Positions 14,888-25,500 of a stretch of DNA of 56,962 nucleotides are shown piece after piece. A program made the position numbers and the translations under genes. The first letter of the stretch is position 1. Every line of letters begins with the position of its first letter. The stretch is from a virus: positions 1 to 56,962 of IMG/VR virus record IMGVR_UViG_3300045988_070064. The stretch is one strand, 5' to 3'. The notes under the pieces are model-generated. The model was not told the DNA's origin, did no database searches, and saw only the letters and a program-made list of their open reading frames with translations.

Positions 14888-16462
14888 GTGAATACAGGAA
14901 GAATTGTAATTTATACAGACGCGGAAGAAATTACAAGCGACAATATAATATCAATTTTGCGTAATGCCATTATAGAGCATGACGTAAATTCAGCAAGAAT
15001 ACAATATCTTCTTGACTATGATGCTGGAATACAGCCTTTGCAAAGAGTAAAGCAAACAAGAACGGATATTGATTGCCAGTGCGTTGATAATGTTGCAAAT
15101 GAGGTTACGGAGTTCAACCTTGGATTCAAGTGGGGAAATCCAATATCTCTTGTTCAGAATGGAAACGGAGAAGATGAAAATTTAACAAGTGCTATTGCTT
15201 CTCTTAATAAATGCTATGAATCGCAAAATTCACGACAAAAGCAACAGGAGTTGGCAAGATACGTTGAAATCTGCGGTGTTGGATATGTATACATTGACAT
15301 AAACACGGAATGGCAAGATGGGGAAAGTTACTTTACATATGACGTATTGGACCCAAGAACGACTTTTGTTGTTCGATCGCTTTACTATAAAGACAAAAGA
15401 GTTATTCTTGCCGGAACATACCGAAAAGAAAAAAACTCAAATACAAGGTATTATACTTGCTTTAGCAAGGATTTTAGATATGAGATAACAGATGGATTGA
15501 AAATCACAAATGGAGAGGCAAAAGAAAAAAACAAGTGGGGCTTTTTAAACCGAAGTGGAGAAGAAAACCCATTACACAAAATACCGATTATTGAGTATAT
15601 ACGATCTTATGATCGCATGGGATGTTTTGAAAGGCAAATTTCGGAAATGGACAATCTGAATCTGCTTATTTCAGACTTCACAAATGATGTAGAGCAAAAC
15701 ACGCAGGCAATATGGCATGGAAATGATGTTGATTTTCCAAAAGAAATAATAAAAAACGAAGATGGAAGTGTAACAGAGGTTGATAAAAAGCCAAGCACCA
15801 ATGAATGGGTTTTGACATATACATCAAAAGACGGAAGACAGCCTTATATCAATCCTCTTGCCGTAGATTATGATTATTCTGGAATGCTTAATAATATGCA
15901 GGCAAGACGACAATTGATACTTCAAAAGTGTAATGTTCCGCAGAGAAATGACAATTCCGGTGGAAGTACAGGAGTTGCAATGAGTGATGCTACTGGATGG
16001 AGCCAAGCAGAAACAGCCGCGGCAAAACAGCAGTTGATTACAGACGGAAGTAAAATGGATGAAGTGAAAGTAGTTCTTTCTGCGATACGCGAATCTGAAA
16101 ACGTATCACAGGATGATCCGTTGCTGAAATTGAAAGCAACAGATGTCCAGCCAAACATAAAGAGGCAGAAAACTTACGAAATGTCAACCAAGGTAAACGC
16201 GATGGCAACGCTGTTAAGTCATGGATTCAGCCTTAAAGATACGGTAGACGCGATACCGTTCTTTGATGATCCAAACGATGTTATTGCCAGAAGTGAGAAA
16301 ATGGTTGAAGCATACCAAAACAGTATCATAAATAAAGATACGAGCAATCAAGCAGAAGGCGGCGATGGAGAACAAGCACCTAACAAGGACCGAATAATGC
16401 AAGATTTGTCCGACCAGACAGAAAACAGTCCAGTCATAGATAAAAGTAGAACAGATAAGTAA
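14888..16462 (+). CDS. Portal protein (SPP1 gp6-like)
   Basis: About 524 aa directly after terL; GTG 14888 lies 7 nt after AGGTGG (GTG 14882 is an alternative); acidic C-terminus. Confidence 0.8.
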   Translation: MNTGRIVIYTDAEEITSDNIISILRNAIIEHDVNSARIQYLLDYDAGIQPLQRVKQTRTDIDCQCVDNVANEVTEFNLGFKWGNPISLVQNGNGEDENLTSAIASLNKCYESQNSRQKQQELARYVEICGVGYVYIDINTEWQDGESYFTYDVLDPRTTFVVRSLYYKDKRVILAGTYRKEKNSNTRYYTCFSKDFRYEITDGLKITNGEAKEKNKWGFLNRSGEENPLHKIPIIEYIRSYDRMGCFERQISEMDNLNLLISDFTNDVEQNTQAIWHGNDVDFPKEIIKNEDGSVTEVDKKPSTNEWVLTYTSKDGRQPYINPLAVDYDYSGMLNNMQARRQLILQKCNVPQRNDNSGGSTGVAMSDATGWSQAETAAAKQQLITDGSKMDEVKVVLSAIRESENVSQDDPLLKLKATDVQPNIKRQKTYEMSTKVNAMATLLSHGFSLKDTVDAIPFFDDPNDVIARSEKMVEAYQNSIINKDTSNQAEGGDGEQAPNKDRIMQDLSDQTENSPVIDKSRTDK

Positions 16463-16468
16463 AACGTA

Positions 16469-16497
16469 GTCACTAGAAATTTCTGGTGGCTTTTTTA
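16469..16497 (+). terminator. Rho-independent terminator
   Basis: 9-bp stem with two G-T pairs, AATT loop, then TTTTTT. Confidence 0.6.
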
Positions 16498-16577
16498 TAT
16501 GCGCTAGAGAAAGCGCGTTATAAATCTCGCAGAAGTTAGAGAAAAACTATAAAAAGCAGAAAGAAGAGGTAATAGAC

Positions 16578-17165
16578 ATGGCAGAAACAATGAATCAAAC
16601 AACAGAAAATCCAGAAGTAGAAAATCCAACGGTAGAAGATCAGAAAAATATTGATACACCTACAGTTGAAGAACTTATGGCGCAGTTAGCCAGCGAGAGA
16701 GCGGAAAAAGAAAAGTATAAGAATGCTTCAAATAAGGCAAGTTCAGAAGCGGCGACTTACAAGAAACAGTTGCGATCAAAACAGACCGCGGAAGAGCAGG
16801 AAGCAGAAGCAAAAGCAGAAGCGGAGAGAGTGCAGAAAGAAAAATTTGAAAGCATGAGCAAAGAGCTCAATCACATTAAAGCAGTAAATGCTTATCAGAA
16901 AACAATAAGCGATGAAAATGCGATTGATACGTTGATTGATGCAATTGCAGATGCCGACCACAACGTCATTTCAAATGTCATTGAAAATGAAGTTCAAAGA
17001 CGCATGAAAGAAGCAAAAGCGGAATGGTTAAAATCAAGACCGCCTATCAATTCTGGTGGTGGAGATAGTTCTGTTACGCAGGAGCAATTTAACAAAATGG
17101 ATTACTACCATAGAGTAGAGTTCAAAAATAAAAATCCGGAACTTTATGAAAAGTTCACAAAATAA
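16578..17165 (+). CDS. Capsid scaffolding protein
   Basis: 195 aa, Glu/Lys/Ala-rich coiled coil, located between portal and capsid genes. Confidence 0.7.
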   Translation: MAETMNQTTENPEVENPTVEDQKNIDTPTVEELMAQLASERAEKEKYKNASNKASSEAATYKKQLRSKQTAEEQEAEAKAEAERVQKEKFESMSKELNHIKAVNAYQKTISDENAIDTLIDAIADADHNVISNVIENEVQRRMKEAKAEWLKSRPPINSGGGDSSVTQEQFNKMDYYHRVEFKNKNPELYEKFTK

Positions 17166-17181
17166 TTGGAGGTAATAAGAT

Positions 17182-18201
17182 ATGCCACAGACAAAATTAG
17201 CAAACTTAGTAGATCCGGAAGTTATGGCAGATATGGTGTCTGCAAAACTTCCAAAAAAGATTAAATTTTCCCCTATCGCAAGAATTGACACAACTCTTGT
17301 TGGTAGACCGGGAAGTACAATTATTGTACCAAAATACGCATACATCGGAGATGCGGAAGACGTTGCCGAGGGCGTTGCAATGGGAACTACCGTACTTACA
17401 ACGTCCACAACGGAAGCAAAGGTTAAAAAGGCTGGTAAAGCAGTAGAATTGACAGACGAATCTGTTTTGTCTGGATATGGAGATCCTATGGGTACTACCA
17501 TCGACCAGATTTCAAAATCTATCGCGGCTAAAGTAGATAACGATTGTTATGATGCACTTTGCGGTGCTTCTCTTGTTTACAACGGAATGTCAGCAAGCAT
17601 TAGTTATTCTTCGGTTGTGGCGGCAAACAGTAAGTTTGACGATGAGAGTGATCAGTCGCTTACAAAGATTATGTTTATCAATCCGGCGCAGGAAGCAACA
17701 CTTTTGAATGATGCAGACTTCAAGAGTAATGACAAGTACCCGTTGAACGTTATTATGAACGGAACAATTGGATCTATTGCTGGAGCGCAGGTTGTTAAAT
17801 CCAAAAAGGTAAAACTTATTAAGTACACAAAGAACGCAAGTGGAACAATTGAGATCTCTGCCGATACCGTTGAGGAAGACAGTACACATATTCATCTTTC
17901 CACTGCACTTGCACATACCCTCAAAGAAGATTTAAAGATTGGAGACAAAGTAAATGCGGTTGACGCAGAATACTATGCGTGTCCTATCGTTATCGTGTCT
18001 GCCGAAGACCCGAACGAGGATCCGGGCTCAGATGGTGTTTCCGAGGAAGAGAGTGCACTTACGATTTACATGAAGAGAAGCGTTGAAATCGAATCCGATA
18101 GAGACATCCTTGCAAAAACAACGGTTATTTCTGGAGACGAACATTATACTGCCGTTCTTAGCAACGATTCTAAAGTCGTTTTGGCTAAGTTCAAGGCGTA
18201 A
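17182..18201 (+). CDS. Major capsid protein (HK97 fold, N4-gp56-like family)
   Basis: 339 aa after the scaffold gene; strong GGAGG RBS; MPQTKLANLVDPEV... N-terminus typical of this family (from memory). Confidence 0.75.
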   Translation: MPQTKLANLVDPEVMADMVSAKLPKKIKFSPIARIDTTLVGRPGSTIIVPKYAYIGDAEDVAEGVAMGTTVLTTSTTEAKVKKAGKAVELTDESVLSGYGDPMGTTIDQISKSIAAKVDNDCYDALCGASLVYNGMSASISYSSVVAANSKFDDESDQSLTKIMFINPAQEATLLNDADFKSNDKYPLNVIMNGTIGSIAGAQVVKSKKVKLIKYTKNASGTIEISADTVEEDSTHIHLSTALAHTLKEDLKIGDKVNAVDAEYYACPIVIVSAEDPNEDPGSDGVSEEESALTIYMKRSVEIESDRDILAKTTVISGDEHYTAVLSNDSKVVLAKFKA

Positions 18202-18221
18202 GAAAAGGCGGTGTATTGTTT

Positions 18222-18494
18222 ATGCTATTGAGACGACATAAGATCAATGCCGCAAGGCAGAGTGAAAATGTAACGGCTGATAGTGTTAGACAGGACATGG
18301 TATATGGTAATGAATTAGATTATGAGCCGGAGAGCGATAAGTTTTCCGGCTCTTCTAAATACACCAAAACCATGATTAACAGAATGTCTACATCTGATTT
18401 ACAGTCGCTTGCAAAAGAGCAGGAAATTGAAAATGCAGATGAAATCAGCGGTTCGGAATTGAAAAAGATGCTTATTGAAAAATTTGATTTGTAA
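18222..18494 (+). CDS. Small protein with Rho-N/HeH-like C-terminal motif
   Basis: ...MSTSDLQSLAKEQEIENADEISGSELKKMLIEKF; follows the capsid gene. Confidence 0.4.
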   Translation: MLLRRHKINAARQSENVTADSVRQDMVYGNELDYEPESDKFSGSSKYTKTMINRMSTSDLQSLAKEQEIENADEISGSELKKMLIEKFDL

Positions 18495-18506
18495 GAGGTG
18501 GATTCT

Positions 18507-18872
18507 ATGGAAGAATACAGTATTTTGGAACAAGTCAAAATCAGATTAGAACAATTTCATATTGAGAATGAGAATGGCGAGGACAAAGTAGTATTCGACC
18601 ACAAAGAAGAGAATCCGCTTTTGAACCAATTAATTAAACAAGCAAGAGAGGATGTTATTGGCGAAAGAAATTACCCAGATGATTACGAAGAAGAACAAAT
18701 TGCTAACGATCTTAAAAAATTCGATGGAGTTATTGTAAATCTCGTTGTATACGATCATTCGCAGGCAGGAGAAGGTTTCATGGAATCTTATACAGAGAAT
18801 GGAGTAAGCAGGAACTGGAAAGACCGAAACGAATTGCTTGTTGGTGTACATCCTATCGCCAAAATCATATAG
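18507..18872 (+). CDS. Head-tail connector (gp6-like) protein
   Basis: ATG 18507 after AGAGGTGG; size and position are typical. Confidence 0.5.
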   Translation: MEEYSILEQVKIRLEQFHIENENGEDKVVFDHKEENPLLNQLIKQAREDVIGERNYPDDYEEEQIANDLKKFDGVIVNLVVYDHSQAGEGFMESYTENGVSRNWKDRNELLVGVHPIAKII

Positions 18873-18952
18873 AAGAATGTGCGTTACCATTTGGTAGCAG
18901 GCGGCATACAGAAAGTGGTGGAGGGCAGTATGTCAAAACAAGGAGATATGGA

Positions 18953-19258
18953 ATGAAAGAATTTTTGTTACAAACTTACACAGTTGTGTTGCCTATTTTG
19001 TTAGGGTATATTGTTTGGCTCCTAAAGCAGCAGAAAAAAGACAGGGATGCAAATAGCAAAGGTACAATGCTTCTTTTGCGTGTGCAACTCATAGAATACC
19101 ACGATAAGTACATGAAATTGGGAGAAATTCCAAGTTATGCGTATGAAAATTTCGTAGAAATGTACAACGCATATCATGCACTTGGAGGAAATGGAATGGC
19201 AACAAAAATGTACGAAGAGATAAAAGAAATAAGACTAAAAAATGGAGGTAAAGACTAA
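18953..19258 (+). CDS. Single-TM membrane protein
   Basis: N-terminal hydrophobic helix TVVLPILLGYIVWLL followed by a charged region; stop overlaps the holin start (TAATG). Confidence 0.55.
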   Translation: MKEFLLQTYTVVLPILLGYIVWLLKQQKKDRDANSKGTMLLLRVQLIEYHDKYMKLGEIPSYAYENFVEMYNAYHALGGNGMATKMYEEIKEIRLKNGGKD

Positions 19259-19527
19259 TGGATTTTACACAAGTTGGAACTTGCATAGCAATCATAGTCA
19301 TTTGCTATCTGATTGGAATTGGTGCAAAACTTATTCCTGGCATCAAAGATGATTACATTCCGGTTATTGTCGGTGTTTTCGGTGGAATCCTTGGAGTGGT
19401 AGGATTGTATGTCATCCCGGACTTTCCGGCAAACGATATTCTGAATGCCATTTCGGTAGGAATTGTTTCTGGATTGGCTAGTACCGGAGTAAACCAGATT
19501 TATAAAAAGGCAAAGCCAAATGCTTAA
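19258..19527 (+). CDS. Holin-like protein (Hol44 / Phage_holin_5-like)
   Basis: 89 aa; 2-3 TM segments; C-terminal ...STGVNQIYKKAKP resembles Hol44-type holins (from memory). Confidence 0.55.
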   Translation: MDFTQVGTCIAIIVICYLIGIGAKLIPGIKDDYIPVIVGVFGGILGVVGLYVIPDFPANDILNAISVGIVSGLASTGVNQIYKKAKPNA

Positions 19528-19942
19528 AATTAATAAGCAGGAAATGACATACTCTTGCCTTGAATCAAACGTAAAAATCTACCAAAAAGATAAAGAGGGA
19601 AACATCATTTACTATGATGTGGACGGCGAAAAAATTCCGATGATTGAAAAGGAAATTGATGGTTTTGCAAAACCAAAAACCTTTTATGCAAGCATCAATA
19701 ATAAACTGTCCGAAGTCCTTATGAAAGAGTTTGGTGTAGATGATTCCACTAATTATGCACAGATTGTAACGGATAAAGGGTATCTTCCAATCAAGGCAGG
19801 CGATTTGATTTGGAAACGTTCGGAAGTTAAATATGATTCAGATGGTTTCCCAGATCCAAAATCTGCGGATTATACCGTAAAAGGTGTAGCAGATGAGGGA
19901 TTGACAGTTGATTTATTTCTTTTGCAAAGAAATGTAAAGTAG
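19520..19942 (+). CDS. Head-tail joining protein (putative)
   Basis: Call rests on position only. Confidence 0.35.
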   Translation: MLKINKQEMTYSCLESNVKIYQKDKEGNIIYYDVDGEKIPMIEKEIDGFAKPKTFYASINNKLSEVLMKEFGVDDSTNYAQIVTDKGYLPIKAGDLIWKRSEVKYDSDGFPDPKSADYTVKGVADEGLTVDLFLLQRNVK

Positions 19943-19950
19943 GTGGTTCT

Positions 19951-20487
19951 GTGGCAAAAAAGAAAATCAAAATGAACTTGTTTTCACAAAATTCAATACA
20001 AGATACAATAAACCACTTGCAAAATTACAAAAACGATTTGCAGGCAAAATGTGATGCTTTTGTGGCACGTTGTGCGTCCGTAGGAGAGGAAGTAGCATTA
20101 CAAGCGATAAATGAATCCCCCATAGGAAATTCAATCACATTTAAGGCAAATACAACGTCAGAGAACATGGGGTGTAAGGCGATTCTATTTGCGACTGGAG
20201 AAGTAAAAAAAGTAGAGGGAAGAGAACCGTTTCATACGGTGCTTGCGGTTGAGTTTGGTGCCGGTATTCATTACAACAAGATTCCGAATCCAAAAGCAAA
20301 TGATTTCGGTTTTGGTGTTGGAACATATCCCGGACAGATACACGCATTTGAAGATGGCTGGTATTATCTTGGAGAAGATAATAAATGGCACTATACACAT
20401 GGTGTCAAGGCAACGATGCCAATGTATAAAGCAAGTGCGGAGATCATAGCAAAATATAAAAAAATAGCAAAAGAGGTGTTCAGATAA
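19951..20487 (+). CDS. HK97 gp10-like tail-completion protein (putative)
   Basis: GTG start after AGGTGG; call rests on position and size. Confidence 0.35.
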   Translation: MAKKKIKMNLFSQNSIQDTINHLQNYKNDLQAKCDAFVARCASVGEEVALQAINESPIGNSITFKANTTSENMGCKAILFATGEVKKVEGREPFHTVLAVEFGAGIHYNKIPNPKANDFGFGVGTYPGQIHAFEDGWYYLGEDNKWHYTHGVKATMPMYKASAEIIAKYKKIAKEVFR

Positions 20488-20904
20488 ATGGCAGAAGTTG
20501 ATAATACATGGGCTTACCTTTTAGGTAAGAAAATATATTCAACAGTATCTTACAAGGCAGAAAAGATACTTAAAGACGACTATCCGGACATTCGAATAAC
20601 AGACAATGGAAAGGCGAATAGCAAGCCAAAATTTCCTACAGTCTACATACATGAATTGCCCGGACAGGAGATCGGGCAGACACTTGACGGACAAGACATA
20701 AATGGTGTTTTGGAAACGATTCAAGTTGATGTAACGACAAATACGGATCCATCTGACGCAAGAAAAGTCATGTCCGTAGTCGCTGATATATTCAAAAAGA
20801 TGCGGTTTAAAGTAAAACCAATGCCGGAGTTAGATTTTGGCGAAGAAGTTTACAGAAGCACCGCAAGATTTCAACGAGTAGTTGGAGCAAACGACACATT
20901 ATAA
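20488..20904 (+). CDS. Tail terminator-like protein (putative)
   Basis: Immediately upstream of the tail tube gene. Confidence 0.35.
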   Translation: MAEVDNTWAYLLGKKIYSTVSYKAEKILKDDYPDIRITDNGKANSKPKFPTVYIHELPGQEIGQTLDGQDINGVLETIQVDVTTNTDPSDARKVMSVVADIFKKMRFKVKPMPELDFGEEVYRSTARFQRVVGANDTL

Positions 20905-20912
20905 AGAAAAAT

Positions 20913-20934
20913 GAGCCGAAAGGCTCTTTTTTTA
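20913..20934 (+). terminator. Rho-independent terminator / attenuator
   Basis: GAGCC-gaaa-GGCTC, then TTTTTTT. Confidence 0.7.
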
Positions 20935-20956
20935 TTAAATTAAGGAGGTAATAACA

Positions 20957-21430
20957 ATGGCAGTAGCAGGATTAAGTACACTCGGCATTACTTTTGGTTA
21001 TGGTGTTGAAACGACCGCCGGAACAAAGCCGACATCGTTTAAAGAATTATCCAGAATTAACGAAATTGGCGGTATCAATGTTGAAGCAGAACAGATTGAT
21101 GCATCCGCATTAAAAGACGCAATCACTCGTTATATTCAGGGTAGAGCAGATACAGGAGGCTCATTCCCAGTAACAGTAAACCTTACAGACGACACACAGG
21201 CTGAATGGGAAGAGGTATTTACAACCGCAGCTGGATTGACTGGTGGAAAAAGAATGTGGTTTGAGACCATTATTCCGGGCCTTACAAAAGCATTTTTTGT
21301 AGTTGCACAGTTGCCACCGGCATTTCCGCAGTCAGAAATGGGGCAGAACGGTCTTTTGACCTCGGAGTTCAATCTTGTAATTGAAGAGTACAAAGGACTT
21401 GATGCAAAGGTTGAATTTTCGGGGGAATAA
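20957..21430 (+). CDS. Major tail (tube) protein
   Basis: AAGGAGG RBS; 157 aa; MAVAGLSTLGITFGYGVETTAGTKPTSF... typical of siphovirus tube proteins; precedes the chaperone pair. Confidence 0.7.
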   Translation: MAVAGLSTLGITFGYGVETTAGTKPTSFKELSRINEIGGINVEAEQIDASALKDAITRYIQGRADTGGSFPVTVNLTDDTQAEWEEVFTTAAGLTGGKRMWFETIIPGLTKAFFVVAQLPPAFPQSEMGQNGLLTSEFNLVIEEYKGLDAKVEFSGE

Positions 21431-21599
21431 ATAGCCAGTCCGAAAATAACGAGAGCAAGGCTGTCGTGACTGGCTTGTACGATGAAGATACAGCCGAGCC
21501 AGAACTTGAAGAAACATTGATTTAGCAAAGAAAGGGCGGTCTTAGGACTGCCCCTTTCCCATTAAAAAGATGGGAAGAAAGGGAAAGGTTGAAAACGAT

Positions 21600-22082
21600 A
21601 TGAAAAAAATTAAAATTGCAGGAAAAGAATACATATTAGAATTTACATTTGAAGCAGCAGAGATTGAGGAATGCGTAAAACGTATGTTCATGTTGGCATC
21701 TGGTGGACATATCTTGGCACGTGCTGAAACAGCAAAAACAGAATTGGAGTTGTATATGGAAAGCACATCCGACATGGTAGGAGACGTTCCAAAGACTTGT
21801 GTGGTTGCTTTTCATGCTGGATTGCAGGAGCATCACTCGACGGATGCAAAAGAATCGAAAGAACTTATGAAAGCATACATGAAAGAAAATAAATTGAACT
21901 ATGCCGCATTGTTTGAGGAAATCAAAGAATGTATGGAGGAAGACGATTTTTTCGGTTTGAGTGGAATAACGAAGATGCTGGAAGACATGGAAACGAACAT
22001 CGAAGCGGAAGAACAGAAGCAGAACAAGAAAGAAGTAAAAACTCCGCAGGATCACAAAAAGAAACAGACTTCCACAAAATAA
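21600..22082 (+). CDS. Tail assembly chaperone (G-like)
   Basis: Lies between the tube and tape-measure genes; the overlapping -1 frame is open from 21929. Confidence 0.7.
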   Translation: MKKIKIAGKEYILEFTFEAAEIEECVKRMFMLASGGHILARAETAKTELELYMESTSDMVGDVPKTCVVAFHAGLQEHHSTDAKESKELMKAYMKENKLNYAALFEEIKECMEEDDFFGLSGITKMLEDMETNIEAEEQKQNKKEVKTPQDHKKKQTSTK

Positions 22083-22471
22083 TATGGGAAGAATATTTTC
22101 CACAAGCATTTGCCATTGGAATCCATATAGATGAATTTCTGCATTTGACACCGAAAAAATTAAAATATTGTCTTGAAGGTCATCGCTTAAAGAAAAAAAT
22201 AGACGATGAGAGTATGTGGAATTGGTTTGGAAATTATGCAATATCTGCATTTATTGTTGCGATAGATATTGCTTTTAATGGCAAGAAATCAAAAGCAGAG
22301 TACATAGATTTACCGCTTTTGGCTACGGAAGAAGAAAGAGAAGCGAAGAGAGAACGAGCTCTCCAGAAACAACGAGACGAGTTTTTGCAGATGCTTCTTG
22401 GAATGCAGAAAAATTTTGAAAACGAGCAAAAGTTAAAAAAGATGAAGCAGAAAGAGGGCGACAAGGATTAA
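21929..22471 (+). CDS. -1 frame extension of the chaperone (GT-like product)
   Basis: Frame is -1 relative to 21600-22082 and has no RBS of its own; the plausible protein sequence begins after the G stop (..IIWEEYFPQAF...). Confidence 0.6.
   Translation: MYGGRRFFRFEWNNEDAGRHGNEHRSGRTEAEQERSKNSAGSQKETDFHKIIWEEYFPQAFAIGIHIDEFLHLTPKKLKYCLEGHRLKKKIDDESMWNWFGNYAISAFIVAIDIAFNGKKSKAEYIDLPLLATEEEREAKRERALQKQRDEFLQMLLGMQKNFENEQKLKKMKQKEGDKD
21947..21953 (+). promoter_or_regulatory. Candidate slippery heptamer T_TTT_TTC
   Basis: In the X_XXY_YYZ register of the zero frame (GAT TTT TTC). Confidence 0.4.
22055..22061 (+). promoter_or_regulatory. Candidate slippery site C_AAA_AAG
   Basis: AAA AAG lies 7 codons before the G stop; A-site slip is perfect, P-site pairs 2/3. 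Confidence 0.4.
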
Positions 22472-22494
22472 AAGTCCGGTCGCCCTCTTTTTTA
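22454..22494 (+). terminator. Hairpin plus T-run at the end of the chaperone gene
   Basis: GAGGGCGAC/GTCGCCCTC 9-bp stem, then TTTTTT. Confidence 0.55.
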
Positions 22495-22522
22495 TTATAT
22501 AAGGAAAGTTGGTGGTGTACGG

Positions 22523-25500
22523 ATGGCTGTAGTAGATAGTTTGGAAGTTGAAATTCAAGCAAAAGCCAAACAAGCCAATAAAGAGATTGACGTTCTATGC
22601 TCAAAACTAGGTAATTTATCTAAACAGTTAGCAAGTGTCGATTCAAAAGGATTGACAAAATTCTCGAGCGGTTTAAATATGCTTTCTGCTGGAATGAAAG
22701 GCATGAGAGACACGAAGATGCCAGATTTCACTAAAACTGTAAAGGGTTTGCAGAAATTTGAAACTCTTGACGGTCAGAAATTGGCGGCGGTGTCGAATGC
22801 TTTAAGTCCAATGGCGAACGGACTTAAAACCCTTGGAAGTGTCAATTTTAATAACAAAAATGTAAATAGCATGGTAAGTGCGGTGGCAAGGCTTACATCA
22901 TCAATTCAAGGCGGTGTAAACACGCAAGGAATTATAAGTCTTGGAAATGGAATCGCCCAAATGATGACTACATTGTCTTCCGCTGGAGAAGTTGCACCAA
23001 AAACGGCTAGTTTTGTAAATGCAATCAGCAGATTGGCAAATGCCGGTTCAAAGACGAGTGCATCGGCAAGTGGACTTCCGCTTCTTAGCAAAGAACTTAG
23101 CAGTTTTATGGTGTCGATGTCAAGGGCACCGGTTGTAAGTAAAGAAACATCTGAATTGACAAATGCTATTGCTAGATTGGCTAGTGCTGGAACAAGAACG
23201 AAGCAGACGGCTGATAATCTGGATTACCTTGCTAAAAAGGTAAAAGATTTTATGGTTTCGATGCAGAATGCACCGCAAGTATCGCAAGGTACAACGCAGT
23301 TGCTTACGGCAATTGGAAATATTGCCAGCGCCGGAAGTAGAGCCGGGAGTGCATTGAATAGCATATCTTTTAGCGGTGGGAATACCACTAATGTTTTGTC
23401 GAGGCTCGGTAATGGCTTCAAAAGTGTAGTCACGAGAATGCTAGGATTCAACAAGGAATCCAAAAACATAGCATCAAGCATTGGAATGTTTTATGCTAAA
23501 TTCTTCATGGTAATTCGAGGTGTTAAGGCACTTGGCGGTGCAATCGGCTCAATGCAGGACTACATCGAGGAATTTAACTATTTTTCGGTTGCATTGGATA
23601 AAGTTGGAAAAGATAGTGCGAGCCAGTTTAAAAAAGCCGGTTATGATTCCGCAGAAGCATATGCAGATAGTTTTCGTACGAGGTTTGCTAAATTACAAAC
23701 TCAAATGACCGGGTTCAACGTTGATTACGACACCGGAGAAGCGACAAGCAATATGCAACATAATCTTGGTTTAGATTTGACCGAGGTAATGAATTACAAT
23801 GCGGCAATTTCGCAGATTACAAACTCTGCCGGAATGCTTGGAGAAACTTCTATTGCCACGTCAAAGGCATTGAGTATGTTGTCAGCGGATTGGTCGTCAT
23901 TGTCTAATAAAGACTTGTCAGACGTAATGGATAACTTCCAAAGTGGATTGATTGGACAATCAAGGGCATTATACCAGTATGGAATCGACACCACAAAAGC
24001 AGGCTTGGCGCAAACGGCATTAGCGCATGGAATTAGCGCAAGTGTTTCAAGCATGAGCCAGCAAGAAAAAATGCAATTACGTGTTTTAACTATGTTGGAA
24101 CAATCAAAAGTTGCATACGCGGACTTATCTAGAACAATCAATCAACCCGCAAACCAGGTAAGAATGTTGCAGGCCGGATTGAAAAATTTGAGTAGAACCA
24201 TAGGTCAAATATTTTTGCCGGTAGTTCAAAAATTATATCCATATCTGAATGCCGTAGTTATGGTTTTGCAGGATTTTGCACAATGGGTTGCTAAGTTGAC
24301 CGGAGCAAAATTATATGACGATACATCAATGGCTACACCAGATTATAGCGATGCGGTTGACGGATTGGATGATTATGGCGATGCCGCTGATAAAGCAAGC
24401 AAAAAGCAGAAAAAACTTAATGATAACTTACAGGGATTTGATATCGTCAATAAATTGCAGGCAAATAACAAAGACGATGGCTCATCTTCCGGAAAGAAAA
24501 ACGGTCGTGGTGCTGGAATTGATTTATCGGAAGATATCAATAAGGCAGTTAAAGGATATGAAAGCATATGGGATAAAGCCTTTAAGAGTAACAAAAATAA
24601 AGCGGTTGAGTTAGCGGCTAAATTGAAAAAAGCCATTTTAGGCGGTTGGAAAAAAGGCGGAGATTATACCAGCCTTGGAAAATCCGTTGGTTCATGGCTG
24701 ACAAGCGGGCTTGACAGTATACCGTGGGGTAAAATTCAGACGACAACAAATAAACTTGCTAAATCCCTTGCTACGTTCCTTAATGGCATGGTACAAGGCA
24801 TTAACTGGGAAACCGTGGGTAAAACTTTAGCCAATGGATTTAATACGGCTATGGGGGCATTATACACGTTCAGAACTACATTTGACTGGCTTGGTCTTGG
24901 CGTATCTGTAGCGACTGGAATCAATTCAGCACTTCAAAATGCAGACATGACACTTGCCGGAAAAACTCTTGGTGCTAAAGTCCGTGGAATGATTCAATTT
25001 GCTTTTGGCTTGGTTACAAATTTTGATTTTAGTGGTCTTGGACAAAAAATAGCAGATGGAATCAACGGATTTTTTGAGGAAATGGGAGAGGTAAGAAAGA
25101 ATACTGGTTTAACTGGATGGCAGGAACTTGGTAAAACGTTGTCCGATAGTTTAAAAGGTATTCTTGCATCAATCAATAAGGCACTTTCCGGTGTGAATTG
25201 GGAGAAAGTTGGTAAATCTATCGGTCAATTCCTTGGAAGTATAGACTGGGTTGGAATTTGGTCTTCCGTTGGAAAAACAATCGGAAATGCGTTTAATAGC
25301 ATTATGACGATTGCAATTTCTGCATTGAAAGAAGATCCAGCCGGTGTGATTGGCGCATTAAGTAGCGTTTTTGGTGTGATTTTTGCGGCAAAAACAATAA
25401 AAGGATTGTTTGGTAAAACTGGTTTCTTTGCAGGTTTAAAGCAAGCAGCGACAGAAAAGATGGGAGAAGTTGCTTTAACTATGGCAAAAAGCCTTAAAAC

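Noticed and set aside
21636-22250. 204-aa minus-strand ORF
   Set aside because: It is antisense to the tail chaperone genes, has no RBS and an odd hydrophobic/Phe-Leu-rich composition, and would break an otherwise unidirectional structural operon. It is a shadow ORF.
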